Program-made: the position numbers and the translations under genes | DNA from: Antedon mediterranea | Lineage: Eukaryota > Animalia > Echinodermata | NCBI RefSeq assembly: GCF_964355755.1 | Contig: NC_092673.1 | Span: 7,130,001-7,194,000, forward strand | Reading direction: 5' to 3' | DNA: 64,000 nt | The notes under the pieces: generated by a model | Database searches by the model: none | Told to the model about the DNA's origin: nothing | Seen by the model: only the letters and a program-made list of their open reading frames with translations | Shown here: piece after piece, positions 26,469-39,031 of the stretch | Layout of the letters: every line of letters begins with the position of its first letter | Numbering within the stretch: the first letter of the stretch is position 1

Positions 26469-26640
26469 AGTAGAACACTTTCCTTGCGAGGCATCAGTTC
26501 AGGAGAGGAAACACCCCTACCCCTATCCCTATCACTTTCCCCCGTGAAACGAACGAGGGGAAACATGTTTTAATACGATATATGGTCAACCACGGGGCAC
26601 CTTAAATTATGGGGGACACTTTCGAAGGAATCAAATATTT
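26469..26640. mobile_element. Degenerate MITE family with GGGGACAC / CCCTATT motifs (Tc1/mariner-like)
   Basis: AGTAGAACAC start, CCGTGAAACGAA core and GGGGACAC motif shared with ~30005-30226, ~56225-56297, ~58672-58900 and ~59770-59990. Confidence 0.5.
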
Positions 26641-26654
26641 AGTAATATAGCTTA

Positions 26655-26806
26655 ATTCACTAGGGACGCAACAAAAAGACGTAAGTGCAATGCAAGCGAA
26701 TTGACCAATGACAAGCGACATTTCGAATCTTACTCTGCTTGTGATTAGTCATCTCACTTGCGTCGTATCTACGTCCTTGCGTTAAATTCTAGTGGAAACC
26801 CAGCTT
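26655..26806. mobile_element. Short palindromic MITE family copy
   Basis: CACTAGGGACGCAAC...TTGACCAATGACAAGCGA...GCTTGTGATTAGTCA...CTAGTGGAAACCCAGCT. Confidence 0.7.
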
Positions 26807-29210
26807 TAGGCAGTATAACTGTTATACATCACATAATTATTACAAAACATAGGCGCACATCAGTTCATTGTACTTTCACATACCGTAATACAAAAAAAAA
26901 GATCCTAACAAACTGTACAGGAAATTACTCGAAGTTTCTATATAGATGTCACCAACAATTCCTTGGTGATTCAATAAGTGGGTGTAGATACACGCAACCA
27001 TACGACCTTATTAATTGTTTCACAGTACTGTATTTTATTTACCGTGTAAGTATTCTGGATAGCCTAGGAAATCATCCGGATTCTTTGATCATATAATATT
27101 ATTAAATAAGGTAACTTTTTCAGAAAAATTAAGCTGAATCAGTTGAAAAAATAAAACATAATTATATGTATAAAATTATATTATGACAAAGTCGAATGCG
27201 CATGCTCATAATAGAAATCGTACCGGAAGAGCGTATTTCCAGGCGCGCGTGTACCGGAAACGCGTCTGCGCTCGGTTGCTATTAGCATATCGGAAGTGCG
27301 TATAACCGGACGCGTGTGTGTATAATTACGCACCTGCGCAGAGCACGTCTATACTTTCTATGAAGGCACGTCTACTCTGAAAACGTTCATTCCTCAAATC
27401 AAATCAAATAACGAATGAACACAAACGGATTGCATGTTGCATAGTTTAGAACAAGGCCTATGTCAAGGTTAAAAACTATATTGACAAGTCACCTCTCTTC
27501 CGATGTGTCACTAAAGAAGAATCGATGTATTAGATTCTTGTCAGATTAAATCACCGGTTCTGATTGATAAAATTCCAATTTCAGAATCGCCGACAGCATA
27601 AACTTTGATTTAATTCGTAAATAATTTTGAATTTTGAAAAACTTTTTTAACCATTTAATTGGTTTCGTATCGTTTCGGAGGTAGGGATTATTATTAATTA
27701 TAAACCAACGAAAACTGACCATTATTGATAATAATTACGGTATAAAATGTAATTACTCTTCATCTCATTATTATCTCGTTATTTGGATTTCATTCACAAG
27801 TTTTAACTTTTCAATGTTTGCTATCAAGAAACAAATTTATTTTAGTTTATTTTTTTAAATGTCCACCACATAGTAAAAAGATCATCAGTTTCAAAATAGC
27901 ATTTGAATAAACTGTTTAGTTGTAATGATATTTCCGTATATTTAAAAAATAGATCACTGATTGCCGGAACAAGACAAAAATAAATAAAATTAGTAAGTCA
28001 TATCCTTAATTTTTAATCTAACTAAGTCTTAAAATATATTTCGTGTATGCCGAAAATAAAGTAATATGTAAAAGCAGTCATGAGTATGTTGTCATCATGA
28101 ATGAACTGCCTATGCATACAGTTTGACAACATGCATGAGAACTCTGTGGTTTTTCACTCGGATGTTGCGTGCGAATAGGCAACTTCCCGTATTTGATTTG
28201 GACCTGTGCTTGTCATTGAGAGCCTAGTTGAAGCAATACTTTAGCTATCTTTAGCCGGCAGTAAGCCCCCTACTAACGACACTAACGAACACTGACGCCT
28301 AGCTCAATCCGGGTTTCTGTTTTTGTGTCATTATTTAGCGATGAGTCACGTGTGTTTTTTGAAAAGGGAATCCTTCCTTAAAAATGAAAATAAAAAGACT
28401 CAACGAAATCTACTTTCGCGTAAGCGTGGTTTATACAAAGGTTTTGTTAAAGTAAAAACAAGTTCAATGTACTTTTTAATTTTAGAATAATTGTATCCTT
28501 TGTTTAAATAATAAGGTTTAGAAAATAAAATAGGCCTATATTTTTAATATTTTAATTACAACAGCCTATCCCAGTGCAAGGGATATACCATGAATGTATA
28601 CCTCTTATCACGGTCCCATTCACGCTTCTACTACGGGTAAGTTGGTTCCCACCAAAGCTATCGGTAACTGTGTTGAATGTGTAAGTATATTAAATATTGG
28701 AAAAAATATATATATAGTTTAGTCCTTGGTGAAGGGTATAGGCTAATTAATCTAAAACAAATATTATTAACATGAAAGATAAACAATTTTATATTTGCCA
28801 CAGTTTATTTTACCCACCTCTTCAATTCAAATGTAACTTTGCATGGAAATAAGTAAATTATTTTTAAACATAATGGCTGAGAGCCAAACGAACATTACGC
28901 CAACATCAAAATAATTAGTGTGTCTATCTCGCAATGTGTGAATACAGCGTGCCCTTTACATTTGATACATGTGGACTAAAAACAGTGCCTGTCTAATGTT
29001 GACACGAGCTAACATTCATAAAATGATAGCTTACATTTTATTAGAACACTTGGCTGAAATCGCCAAAAAACATATATATATTTGATAAAAAGAAAGATAT
29101 AGAAAAAATATTGAAGAAATTGTAAAGCGTTGCTGCCTGGTTCAAATCTGGATCAGACCTGTATGGGTGAATTTCTCATAGATAAATGGCGCCATCATCA
29201 TAATGAGTTT

Positions 29211-29387
29211 AGAACGCATGTCCTCGAGAACTCATCATGTAATTTGGCGGGTGCTTACGCGCTGGTTAGAACGGAAACGCAACATATTATAATTGGCGGG
29301 TTAGCTTACGCGCTGTTTATAACGCATGTCGCCGAGAACCCAACATGTAATTGTCAGGTTAGCTTACGCGCTGGTTAGAACGCATGT
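29211..29387 (+). repeat. Three-copy ~55-60-bp GC-rich tandem repeat downstream of a B-box-like motif
   Basis: Unit approx. AGAACGCATGTC..CGAGAAC.CA.CATGTAATT.GCGGGTTAGCTTACGCGCTGGTT; GGTTCAAATC at 29139-29148. Confidence 0.7.
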
Positions 29388-30004
29388 GTCATTTACGAAG
29401 ACAAAATTAAAATATGTTTGATAATTTTTAATTAATTAGATTTCTTCCGAATATGATTATTATTAGGATATCAATAATAGTACTATAGAGCAACGTTTTG
29501 AAAAGTTTAAAGCGCATGATGTTTTGAAGTTACACAACATTTTATTATTATCTAATTTAGCACGATTGGATCATCGTCGAATTAATCAATTTTGGCGGGA
29601 AGAAGACATGTTTCCGATTTTCAACAGCTGTTTTTGGTCCGGTCTATGTTGGCACAGGAAGAACGACATCGTTTTGGAGCACATGTGTCAATTCTGCATC
29701 TAAAATCACGTAAAATATAACTCGATTATTTCTAATTACTGCGTCAACAATATCAGATATAAATAACTGATAATATAAACAATTAAACATATAAGGAAAT
29801 GTATTATAACTGTAAGAAACGTTTTGTGACATCAGTCAAGCCGAGTAAACCTTCTTAAATATTAATTTGTTTGATAAATTATATTTTTCTGTTTTGATAT
29901 TAGTTACCACTTGCTTGTTGTTAGAACTATATAATAGAAAACAACAAAGTGTCTCCTTAATACAATATTCTCCTGAATATAGTGGTTAGCCGTAGTGGTA
30001 AATA

Positions 30005-30226
30005 AGGACACATCCTTTGAAACACCCTCCATTAAAGGGACATCCCCATTAAAGGATACTTTGTTGAAACGAATTCGGTGAAACCCGTTAAACCCGTGAA
30101 AAGAACGAATAGATGTTTTAACACTAATGTAAAATCCTATTGAGGGGACATCCCCATTAACTACTGTATATTTTCCTTGTTCATTTCACCTTCAACATGG
30201 GTGTTCCAAAGGAGGTATCCTACTGT
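30005..30226. mobile_element. GGGGACAC / CCCTATT MITE family copy
   Basis: Repeated CCATTAAAGGGACA, CCGTGAAAAGAA, ending GGAGGTATCCTACTG-TA (CAGT...ACTG termini with TA, Tc1/mariner-like). Confidence 0.55.
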
Positions 30227-33200
30227 ACTACATAACTTCCTAAATGAAACTGGACAAATTTCTGATTTCAGATTTTTCAGCCACTTATTATCCGGCAATT
30301 AATAAATAAAAAAACGTCAACGATCTATAAAAATCTAATTAATTAAAGTATTAATTAAAGTATAAATGAAAATTATGGTTAAAGGCAACGGGAGAACATT
30401 TTTCAATCGGCTGGTGAAAACACATGAATGTGAAATAAAGATATGGCCTATATTGAGATAAGAAATTCGCACTTGTTTTTATTAATATAACCAAACTTTT
30501 TAAATCCTAACTAGGTTTATACATTACTTAAGTGAAAGTCTTAAATATTTATTGACTTAAGTGAAATATCTCAGTAAAGTTGATTGGTGAATACAAAGAG
30601 AACATAGCATTTATGGATATTAGACATGTGTGATCGAATTCAACAATCGCATTTAAGTGATATAATTATTTAAAGTACTTTTATATATTAATAGAGTCGG
30701 TCACTATCAGTATGTATAATTTAATATTACACAATTATGTTTATTATTGAATTTATTAATATATAATCAATGACATTATTGATTATTTTTAATATTGATG
30801 GATTAAATGAATTTACATGGACAGCATTTCTTTTATAAAAACTATGATTCAGAAATTTCAATAGTGACATTGACCTTTCAATTACCTTTCTTGCGGTTGT
30901 ATATAATTAAGAGAATTATGGTAACCATCCTTAACACAAAGAAAACTAAAATCACAAATGAAATAAATATTTATAATAAATAATAATTATGTTCCAATAT
31001 CGTTGAGAGTGGAGTTATTTTGTCACGAGAACATCTTCCGGAAGAAGGACGATGGGACTGTACGTTGAACAACTAATTTTTGACGATTGATTGTAAATAT
31101 GATTTTATAGGCCTATTTACTTCGTTATGTACTTATGTATGTGTTTATGAGTGACGGACTTGTTTGAGTCTCTATGAGAAAAATCTGTTTTGTTAATAAT
31201 AATAATAATCTTGCATTAGTAAGTTGTAACTATTGCCATAATTATATGATCCCATTCATATTCACAATGTTTTTTTTTTCTTTTTTTAAAATATTTGTTT
31301 TTGTCAATATCATATAGTTTTTACTTGTCATGTCGACAACTGCTTAAGTGTTCTGTTCTTTTTTGTACAATGTGTAGAAAATAAATATTTTCAGTTAAAT
31401 GAAATGTCATCCATCGACCAAATGATACTTTGTTGTTGCTTGTTTTGGTTTGCTGACTTTGGTCGAAACAAATGTTGAATTGAATTGAAAGTTTAGATTT
31501 ACAGACACATTCTACTCCAATCAGTAATAATAGCCATAAGTTCTATTAAAATACCTTGATGCAATAATTATACATTTTTATTTATTATAGATTTTTATTG
31601 CCATTGTCATTAGACAATCCTTCACTCTCAACATTTATTTCGACTGATCTTTTATAACAAGTTTAGACCATTTGTATGAACTTGTATTTATTACTATTTT
31701 TATTTAGGCCTATTTATTATTTATTAATATTGATATATATTATTTGTTTTTTTTTTTTTTTTTTGCCTAGTGGTAATTTCAGAGTAAAAAGAAACTTTGA
31801 TATTTCCGTTCGCCGAACTTTCATTAAAGACATCAGTTACTGGTTACATCCTATCTTCAATACAGGTAATGTGTTATCTTTCAAACGTATTTGATGATTA
31901 GTATCTATTATATCTTATAATTGAGGAGATTATCATGCCGTATTCTTTTCAGAAAAAACATAATTATAAGTCATTTAAAGTATAAGAGTTTGTTGGAGGG
32001 CAATATTATCATCAGTCATATGGCAAAATAAAAATAGTTTTAACGTGTACCCATAGCTGTAGATTGATAATACAGGTGCAATAAAAGTTGTTCTATGATA
32101 ATAGAGACAATGTCTTAGCACATATCCCCCTTCATTATCATAATTAAATGCAAACGCCCATGGACTTTTTGACGAAGCTGGGTAACGGGTGTATATTAAG
32201 ATTATATATTGAACCAGAGGAACAAATTTAATTCATCATTGTAGGCCAACAATAAATTGATTTTACAATCATTCAGGCCTAAACTTCAAATTTCACATTT
32301 TAGTTTTTTGTATTTAGTTATAGGCCTACCGGTATTTATTATCATATAATTTTTTATTTGATGCTACGGTTGAATATGATTAGGCTGCGGATTCCTAAAA
32401 AGGAACACGTCCTTCAAAAAAAGGGACCAGTGCCTGAAAATAAAAAACTGAACATTATTTATTGATTCTGCTAATAAGGTAACCGTTTTTTTTCTTGGAA
32501 TAGCCGCTCCATAATCTCTTTGTTTTTCTTCTTTATATCTATATTTTATTTTTAAAATTTATACTAACAAATATATTTTTATTAATATTATAATCATAAC
32601 AATAAATATTTTAAAAATATATAAAATATTATTTATCGCATAATATGCAGTCTAGGATAATTATTTAATATACAAAATCATTACACCCAACCACGCCTAC
32701 TATCTTCATCTCCTATATGCGGAACATCATTTGGATAATAGAACAAATCATACATCTACACATAATCAAGCATCGTATACTCTATCTCTAACAATATTTC
32801 AATCTTCTATCGACTAAAGCTGAAGTATAGTCGTTATCTCGGAACCGTCCTATGGTTACCACCAGGTAGGCTTGCTTCATCAAGGCTTCTATGAATGGAT
32901 GTACTGGTTGGGAGCAGAAAATCTAGTAGACCATACCCAGTACCGTTTTGATTACGATCAATCGGGAATTTACCTCACGACAGTAAACGAAATAATTCTT
33001 ATTCGCTTTTTCACCGAAAGCGAATAATTGTATTATTACAAATAGCCTTTTCAAACATTGATTTTACTTCTTTCTATATGTTTTAATGTTTTGAAACCCA
33101 TTTTTAATCATTATCTTCAGTTTGACAGTCATAAAGTGGTTTTTCGTTATTCTCTCACGAAACATACTATCAGAAGGAAATGCACAACTGACAACACACG

Positions 33201-35704
33201 TTTGATGAACATATCAATTTGCAATCCAGCTGTCCTGTACACATATGGAATCCATTCAACGTTCAAATGACAAATCTTTACTATCTGGAAAACGAGAAAT
33301 TTCTCACCAAAATACTAATACGGAAATCGTAATGAATTGCTTACTAATTTTACAGTAACATTATCACATTATTGCATGCAAACTTTAAGATGTATGATAC
33401 GATTTGAACCCTATTAAAAGAACACATTTTTTTCAATTTTATTTTGTAAACAAAAAGCATTTCTCATCTGTTTTTTGTCATGCATCCCGCAGGCACTGTG
33501 TTAATATTTATACTCAATTGGGTTCAATAAAGACAGTCCGTAGAAAAAATCGCTTTTGTCCTAATCAAGTGAACTCGTTCAATGCCTGATAAAATATTGT
33601 AGGACTGAACACATTCACCGGGGTTGTTAATTTTTACTATTAGGCCTACTACTTGTTTTCTATGAATTAAATCTTTGAATAAAGCATATTATGAGGCCAA
33701 ATTGTCTAATGTATTTAAATCCATCCACTATCTACGTTGTAATTATTTCAATTTAAACTAAAATTGAGATAGTGTTGTCAAACACATTATTTGATATATC
33801 GCGTCACAGTATGCCTAAGGCGCATAATAATAATATCCTCGTGAATGTTAAACGCATGTCAATTTGCATCTGGGGTTGGTCACCCCTGATGTTATCATAC
33901 AAATTCAATTTGTACAATGATTCCCTATAGACAGAAATGTGTGAAATGTTAACAAAGGTACCGGTACCTTGCTAACTGCATTATTGTTGATGGTGAGAGC
34001 GGGTTTTTTCAACATGACTTGACATAAATTTCGAACGTTTAAATGCGAGTTCAAGTGTTATGTATAATAGAGCTAACAACTTATGTTACTACACCATGAC
34101 ACCTAGGAGAACTATTTTAACATCTTTATTACAGGCCTATGTATATTTTGATCAATGAAATAACAGTTAAAAGAACTGTACGCCTAGACCAATTATTGCA
34201 ATGATGAAATGTTTTTTTGTAAACATATACCGTATCAATGAATTATAACTGTCCATATAAGAATATTATATTATCCCAGTGAGGTGCATGAGGTGGAGAT
34301 GGTACATCGAGAAAGTGGCATGCAAATGATCTACTTTGTGGCTAGAAGTTTCATATGCTTGGTATAGACAAGGCAATCTATCAACTGGATGCTGAGCTCA
34401 AAGGGTTTATCTGTGGCTGCGACACGATCAGTTCCACGCCCCTTAATAAGCACCGCGCCATGGAGAATATGTACATAGTACAGTGCTGTTGGTATTTGTC
34501 GCAGCCAGACAGATCAATGGAATGTTACGAGTTGCTATCTTGGACAGGTGAGCTCATGTGTCCTGTTGTTACATTGCCTTGGTATGGACAATGAAATTGG
34601 AGTTACCTTTTAATGTTCCAATGGCAGGCCACCATATTGAGTGTCATTTTGATTTGTGATAACAAAAAAAAGTGATATGCTCTAAACCCGGAGTAACCCT
34701 TTAAGCTTACAGTGGTCTTACAGTTATTGCTTAAATATCATAATTACCTCTTCCTAGGAATACCACGCGGACAATCATTCCTCGTGGGACAACGGTTGCC
34801 AAAATTGCGATGGGATAGATGGAGTTCGAACATGAAGAAAATGTCGAGGTCGTTTTGATGAGTAAGGGTTTTTTTTAACTGTTTATATTCTGAAATACGG
34901 AAGCTGTAAACAAATTTTTAATAAAATATGACGAGTTGGTTCCGATACGACGATAAGAAATCAATCGTCCTTCCCTTCAATATTTGTCGACCTTAACCAA
35001 AGTATATCAATTTGTATTATGTAAATTAGGAAATAAGTTCTGTGAAATTTAATAAATTACGAGTATCCTTTATATTAATCAATTTTATAAAATTCATGAT
35101 TTTTTTTTTTGTCTTAATTTTTTTATTACTGGAGATTATTTTTTTATGCTGATTTACATGCTGTACCGGTATACAATATTGTAAGTTAAATCACGTGTTT
35201 GTGTTCATGAGCTCCAAATTAATTATTAATATTATTGTAATCGTTTCACCTCGATTACGGGGTATGTTATGTAATGCCGTAGATAAAGTGCATTGAACCT
35301 TAAAAACATTCAGTCAATCTCAAACGTGTTGTACTAAGTTAAAATTGTATTCACTTAGGCCTGGATAGGAGATGTTTCTTAATTTTCATAATAATTAGCC
35401 TACGTGTGAATGGTGCCCACTGGAGAGCTGTTCCTAAAAATAAGTTTTGACGGGAACGCAACTTACATCTACTACTAAATACCCACCCCACAATACTACT
35501 ACAGTATAGGCCTAATACGATTTTAAACACGCGAATATTAATATTATTAAGAAATATTTTTAGACACGTAAGCCTATAAAATATTGTACCATAACATCCG
35601 TTAGTAGGCCTATATAGTCGAATATGAGCACTGTTTCAATAATTTAACAGTACGATTTATACACTATACTATATATCTACACTAACGAATGTTATGTACA
35701 ATAT

Positions 35705-35706
<2 letters not shown>

Positions 35707-35760
<54 letters not shown>

Positions 35761-35885
35761 TTAGGTATTTGTATAGCGCCAGAATCAACTAAACCGAAGT
35801 AAAAATCTAAGGCGCTTATATTGGATGTTAAAAAGATGCGTTTTAAGTTCTTTTTTAAAAATAGCAATAGAAGTTGAATGAGTAA
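35707..35885 (-). mobile_element. 3' end of an L2-clade LINE with (ATT)n tail
   Basis: Minus strand encodes STSIAIFKKELKTHLF (typical L2 ORF2 C-terminal motif), then AAGCGCCTTAG...GGCGCTATACAAAT and ~18 ATT units (35707-35760). Confidence 0.8.
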
Positions 35886-36746
35886 AATAATATATTTTAA
35901 TGAAATTGTTGTCTATTCCGTCCTTCCCGGCTCGATTTTTATTTTTAATATGTCTTCGTTGATCAAACAAACCTCAGTAAGGTTTAAATATAGATGCTGG
36001 TACTAAGTATAGTGAATGAAAATATTATGCAATCGCATGCAAGTTATCACTTTAATATAATGAAATTAAAGTGAGGGTAGATAATTCGTTCATTTTTTGA
36101 TGAATGTAATAACAATTGACACAAAATTGTTATGATTTATTTAAGATTTTTTTGTAACACATGCAATATCTATTTTCTGTATGTTTTTGACTTGTTTTTT
36201 ACTATAACTGCACTTTGCTCTGAATTGGACATTTTTTGACAACACAACCAAGTGTATAATTCAATTGTTGATTTGTATCACGTTACCGTGCATTATTTTC
36301 CACAATTTCAAAGTTACGCGGCCATCTTTTTGTAAGACGTGGTAGGCTGGTAAATGCGCGTTCGAAATCCACACAGCGTAGAATGTGCGCCGTCAAAAAC
36401 GATTCTGTTCACCAAATCTAAGCACCGCTTTTTTACATTGCCCAACCTTCGACATTCGATTTAGGATGTATTTTAGCGGACTAATTGAGACTTCAAACAG
36501 AATAAATAACGAATGTTTTGTATTCGTTGAATGGAGAGGATATTTTATTATTCGTTGAAAAATCGGACCGTCCAATTTAGATTTTTCAAACTTTCGCTGT
36601 TCAACAAATTTTGTTAAAGTCAAAACGAAACGGCAACGGAAGATGCAGGTGAAGCTGGTCTAACTTATCTTATCATTCGCTATTTGTTGGTATTTATAAT
36701 GCCAACGTCATGACATCATAAGGGAATAGGATTTCTGGTCCTTTCC

Positions 36747-37177
36747 TGTGTTCGGTCTTCATAATACCGGTATTGTGTTCGGTCTGCATGCTACCGGTAT
36801 TGTGTTCGGTCTGAATGGTACCGGTATTGTGTTCGGTTTCCATGGTACCGGTATTGTGTTCGGTTTGCATAATACCGGTATTGTGTTCGGTCTTCATAAT
36901 ACCAGTATTGTGTTCGGTCTTCATAATACCGGTATTGTGTTAGGTCTGAATGGTACCGGTATTGTGTTCGGTTTGCATGGTACCGGTATTGTGTTCGGTT
37001 TGCATGGTACCGGTATTGTGTTCGGTCTTCATAATACCGGTATTGTGTTCGGTCTGCATGTTACCGGTATTGTGTTCGGTCTGAATGGTACCGGTATTGT
37101 GTTCGGTCTGAATGGTACCGGTATTGTGTTCGGTCTGAATGGTACCGATATTGTGTTCGGTCTGCATGGTACAGGTA
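36747..37177. repeat. 27-bp minisatellite, ~16 copies
   Basis: Unit ACCGGTATTGTGTTCGGT plus 9 variable nt (CTGAATGGT, CTTCATAAT, TTGCATGGT...). Confidence 0.97.
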
Positions 37178-37310
37178 CTGGTTTCTTGGTGCCACCATTC
37201 TGTTCCCCGTACATTTATAACGAGCGCCACCAACCAAGGCCACGCGTCAAAACGTTATCAAAAAAATATGCTGTGGTATCGAAATGTTGTATCACTCTAT
37301 ACGCTAGTAC

Positions 37311-37783
37311 AAAGTTCTGTCTATCAAACTTTATGTGACAAAAAATGTGATATGCCCATATATAGACATGATAATGTCATATCACTACAAAATTTGGGCA
37401 TATCACTACCATAATTGGTACTACCTTTTTTGTCAAACTATTTTTTGTCAAATTAGTGTAGAGAGATAAAGAGATAAAAAGAGTTATAAAATAAAGAATT
37501 CTGTGGTAAATTATACGTACATTGTTAAGGATTGAAAAACGTGTAAAGAGTGTATAACATAGAGGAAATTTTTTTTTTCTTTCCTTATACTATTATATAT
37601 AAAATGCAATGGTAGGAGTGAGATATCAGATGTACTGAAAGTTACTTAATGTCAATTATATTGTATTGTATCCTTACATTACTCATGTGCAATGCATTGT
37701 AAACGAACATTTTATTGATGAAGAAATAAAAGTGGGTCGATCCTACATAAGACAAAAAAAAATTAGTGTAGAGAGAGAGAGCT
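37311..37783. mobile_element. MITE (CTGTCTACACTATCAAACT family) disrupted by a LINE 3' UTR insertion
   Basis: CTATCAAACTTTATGTGACAAAAAATGTGAT...CATATCACTACCAT matches 38891-39031. The right terminus AGTGTAGAGAG is duplicated around the LINE fragment. Confidence 0.8.
37467..37760 (+). mobile_element. Severely 5'-truncated copy (3' UTR only) of the LINE at 2037-2965
   Basis: Near-identical reverse complement of ~2037-2338, ends in an A-run, flanked by a perfect TSD AATTAGTGTAGAGAGA (37451-37466 and 37761-37776). Confidence 0.95.
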
Positions 37784-38890
37784 GCAGCAGAGCTTCAAAT
37801 TGTTCGGGGCTTCTTCTTACCATAACAATAACATGACAATCTCATTCTAAGTATTATTAATCAATCTCGACGGCTTCATTCAGAAAATTGTTATAATCAC
37901 AAATCGATTACAATATTACAATTATTATTATAAATAATAGGATAATAATAAGTGATTGTAACGACATGATTTTTAATATAGGCCTACATTTTTCCTCATC
38001 ACGGCAATATTTCTATTTTGATCGTGAGATTGTATTTATCAAACAGTTTTGAACTTTGCAATGTAATGCTACTGAGATGATTGTTAGACATGCCAGTAAG
38101 ACAAATGTAAACATTTTTTTTTTAATATCTTGTTATTTATATAGGCCTATAGGCCCATTATATCTTTTTTTTAAATTTCATTTAATGAAAACGTATACTA
38201 AATGGAAAGTTGAATCACAATGTGATAAAGGAATTGTTTGGGAAAAACTGTATTTAATGTGCTGTGTAATATTGATGTTACATGATAGGCCCATAAAATA
38301 AAATAGTAAATTTAATATTAAAGGTAAAAAGTGCATGTCAAAAACAATAGAGTTTGCACTAATACTACACACAACCGTAGCCTTGATCTTGGCACAACTC
38401 ACGTACGCAAGTGCTTCGGGGAGCCACACAGTCCAAAAGAACATCCCCTTCAACATTTAAATTCCTAATCGTTTTAATGGGTTTATTTTATCGCCCACTG
38501 CACAGACGAAGCTGTTACTAAATGGTGTATGTCTACTGTGTACGAACCTGCGCATTTCGACACATGTCCCAAATAAAGTGCAGGTCTCATTATAAACCAC
38601 TGTCATCCGGGGACATGCAGGGCTTCCAAATCAAAATAAACACTCACCCTTTTTTTGTCATTTTAATCATTGTAATAAAGACCTAATGTGCTAAATATGT
38701 GAATCGAGAATTAGTATTGGTTATCTATTTATAAGAAAAAAAAAAAAACAGTATCGTCTTTTTTTAGATTTACTACCTCAATCCGATAGATATTCTGTCT
38801 CTCAGTTATTTAATAATAAAACGATTTTCCTTCTATAACAGTCAAATCAAATGTCGAATGTCCTATAAACGCATCTTCTGGTTTGGCTTA

Positions 38891-39031
38891 AGCTCTGTCT
38901 ACACTATCAAACTTTATGTGACAAAAAATGTGATAAGCCCATGATATATGGACATGATGATGTCAAAAAACTACCATATTTGAGCATATCACTACCATAT
39001 TTTTGTCAAACTAGTTTGATAGTGTAGACAG
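38891..39031. mobile_element. MITE with 19-bp terminal inverted repeats
   Basis: CTGTCTACACTATCAAACT / AGTTTGATAGTGTAGACAG perfect inverted repeats; second copy at 37311. Confidence 0.85.

Noticed and set aside
34387-34514. Resemblance of GGATG.TGAG...ATCTG..GCTGCGACA to the 5' end of vertebrate 7SK as recalled
   Set aside because: Short match from memory; the pairing pattern here differs and no Pol III promoter was identified. Not called; left to an Rfam search.
36694-37414. Overlapping repetitive ORFs (196 aa on +, several on -) and CRISPR-like constant/variable pattern
   Set aside because: The ORFs follow from a 27-bp unit. The variable parts are 9 nt and related to one another, not unique spacers; no cas genes; eukaryotic context.
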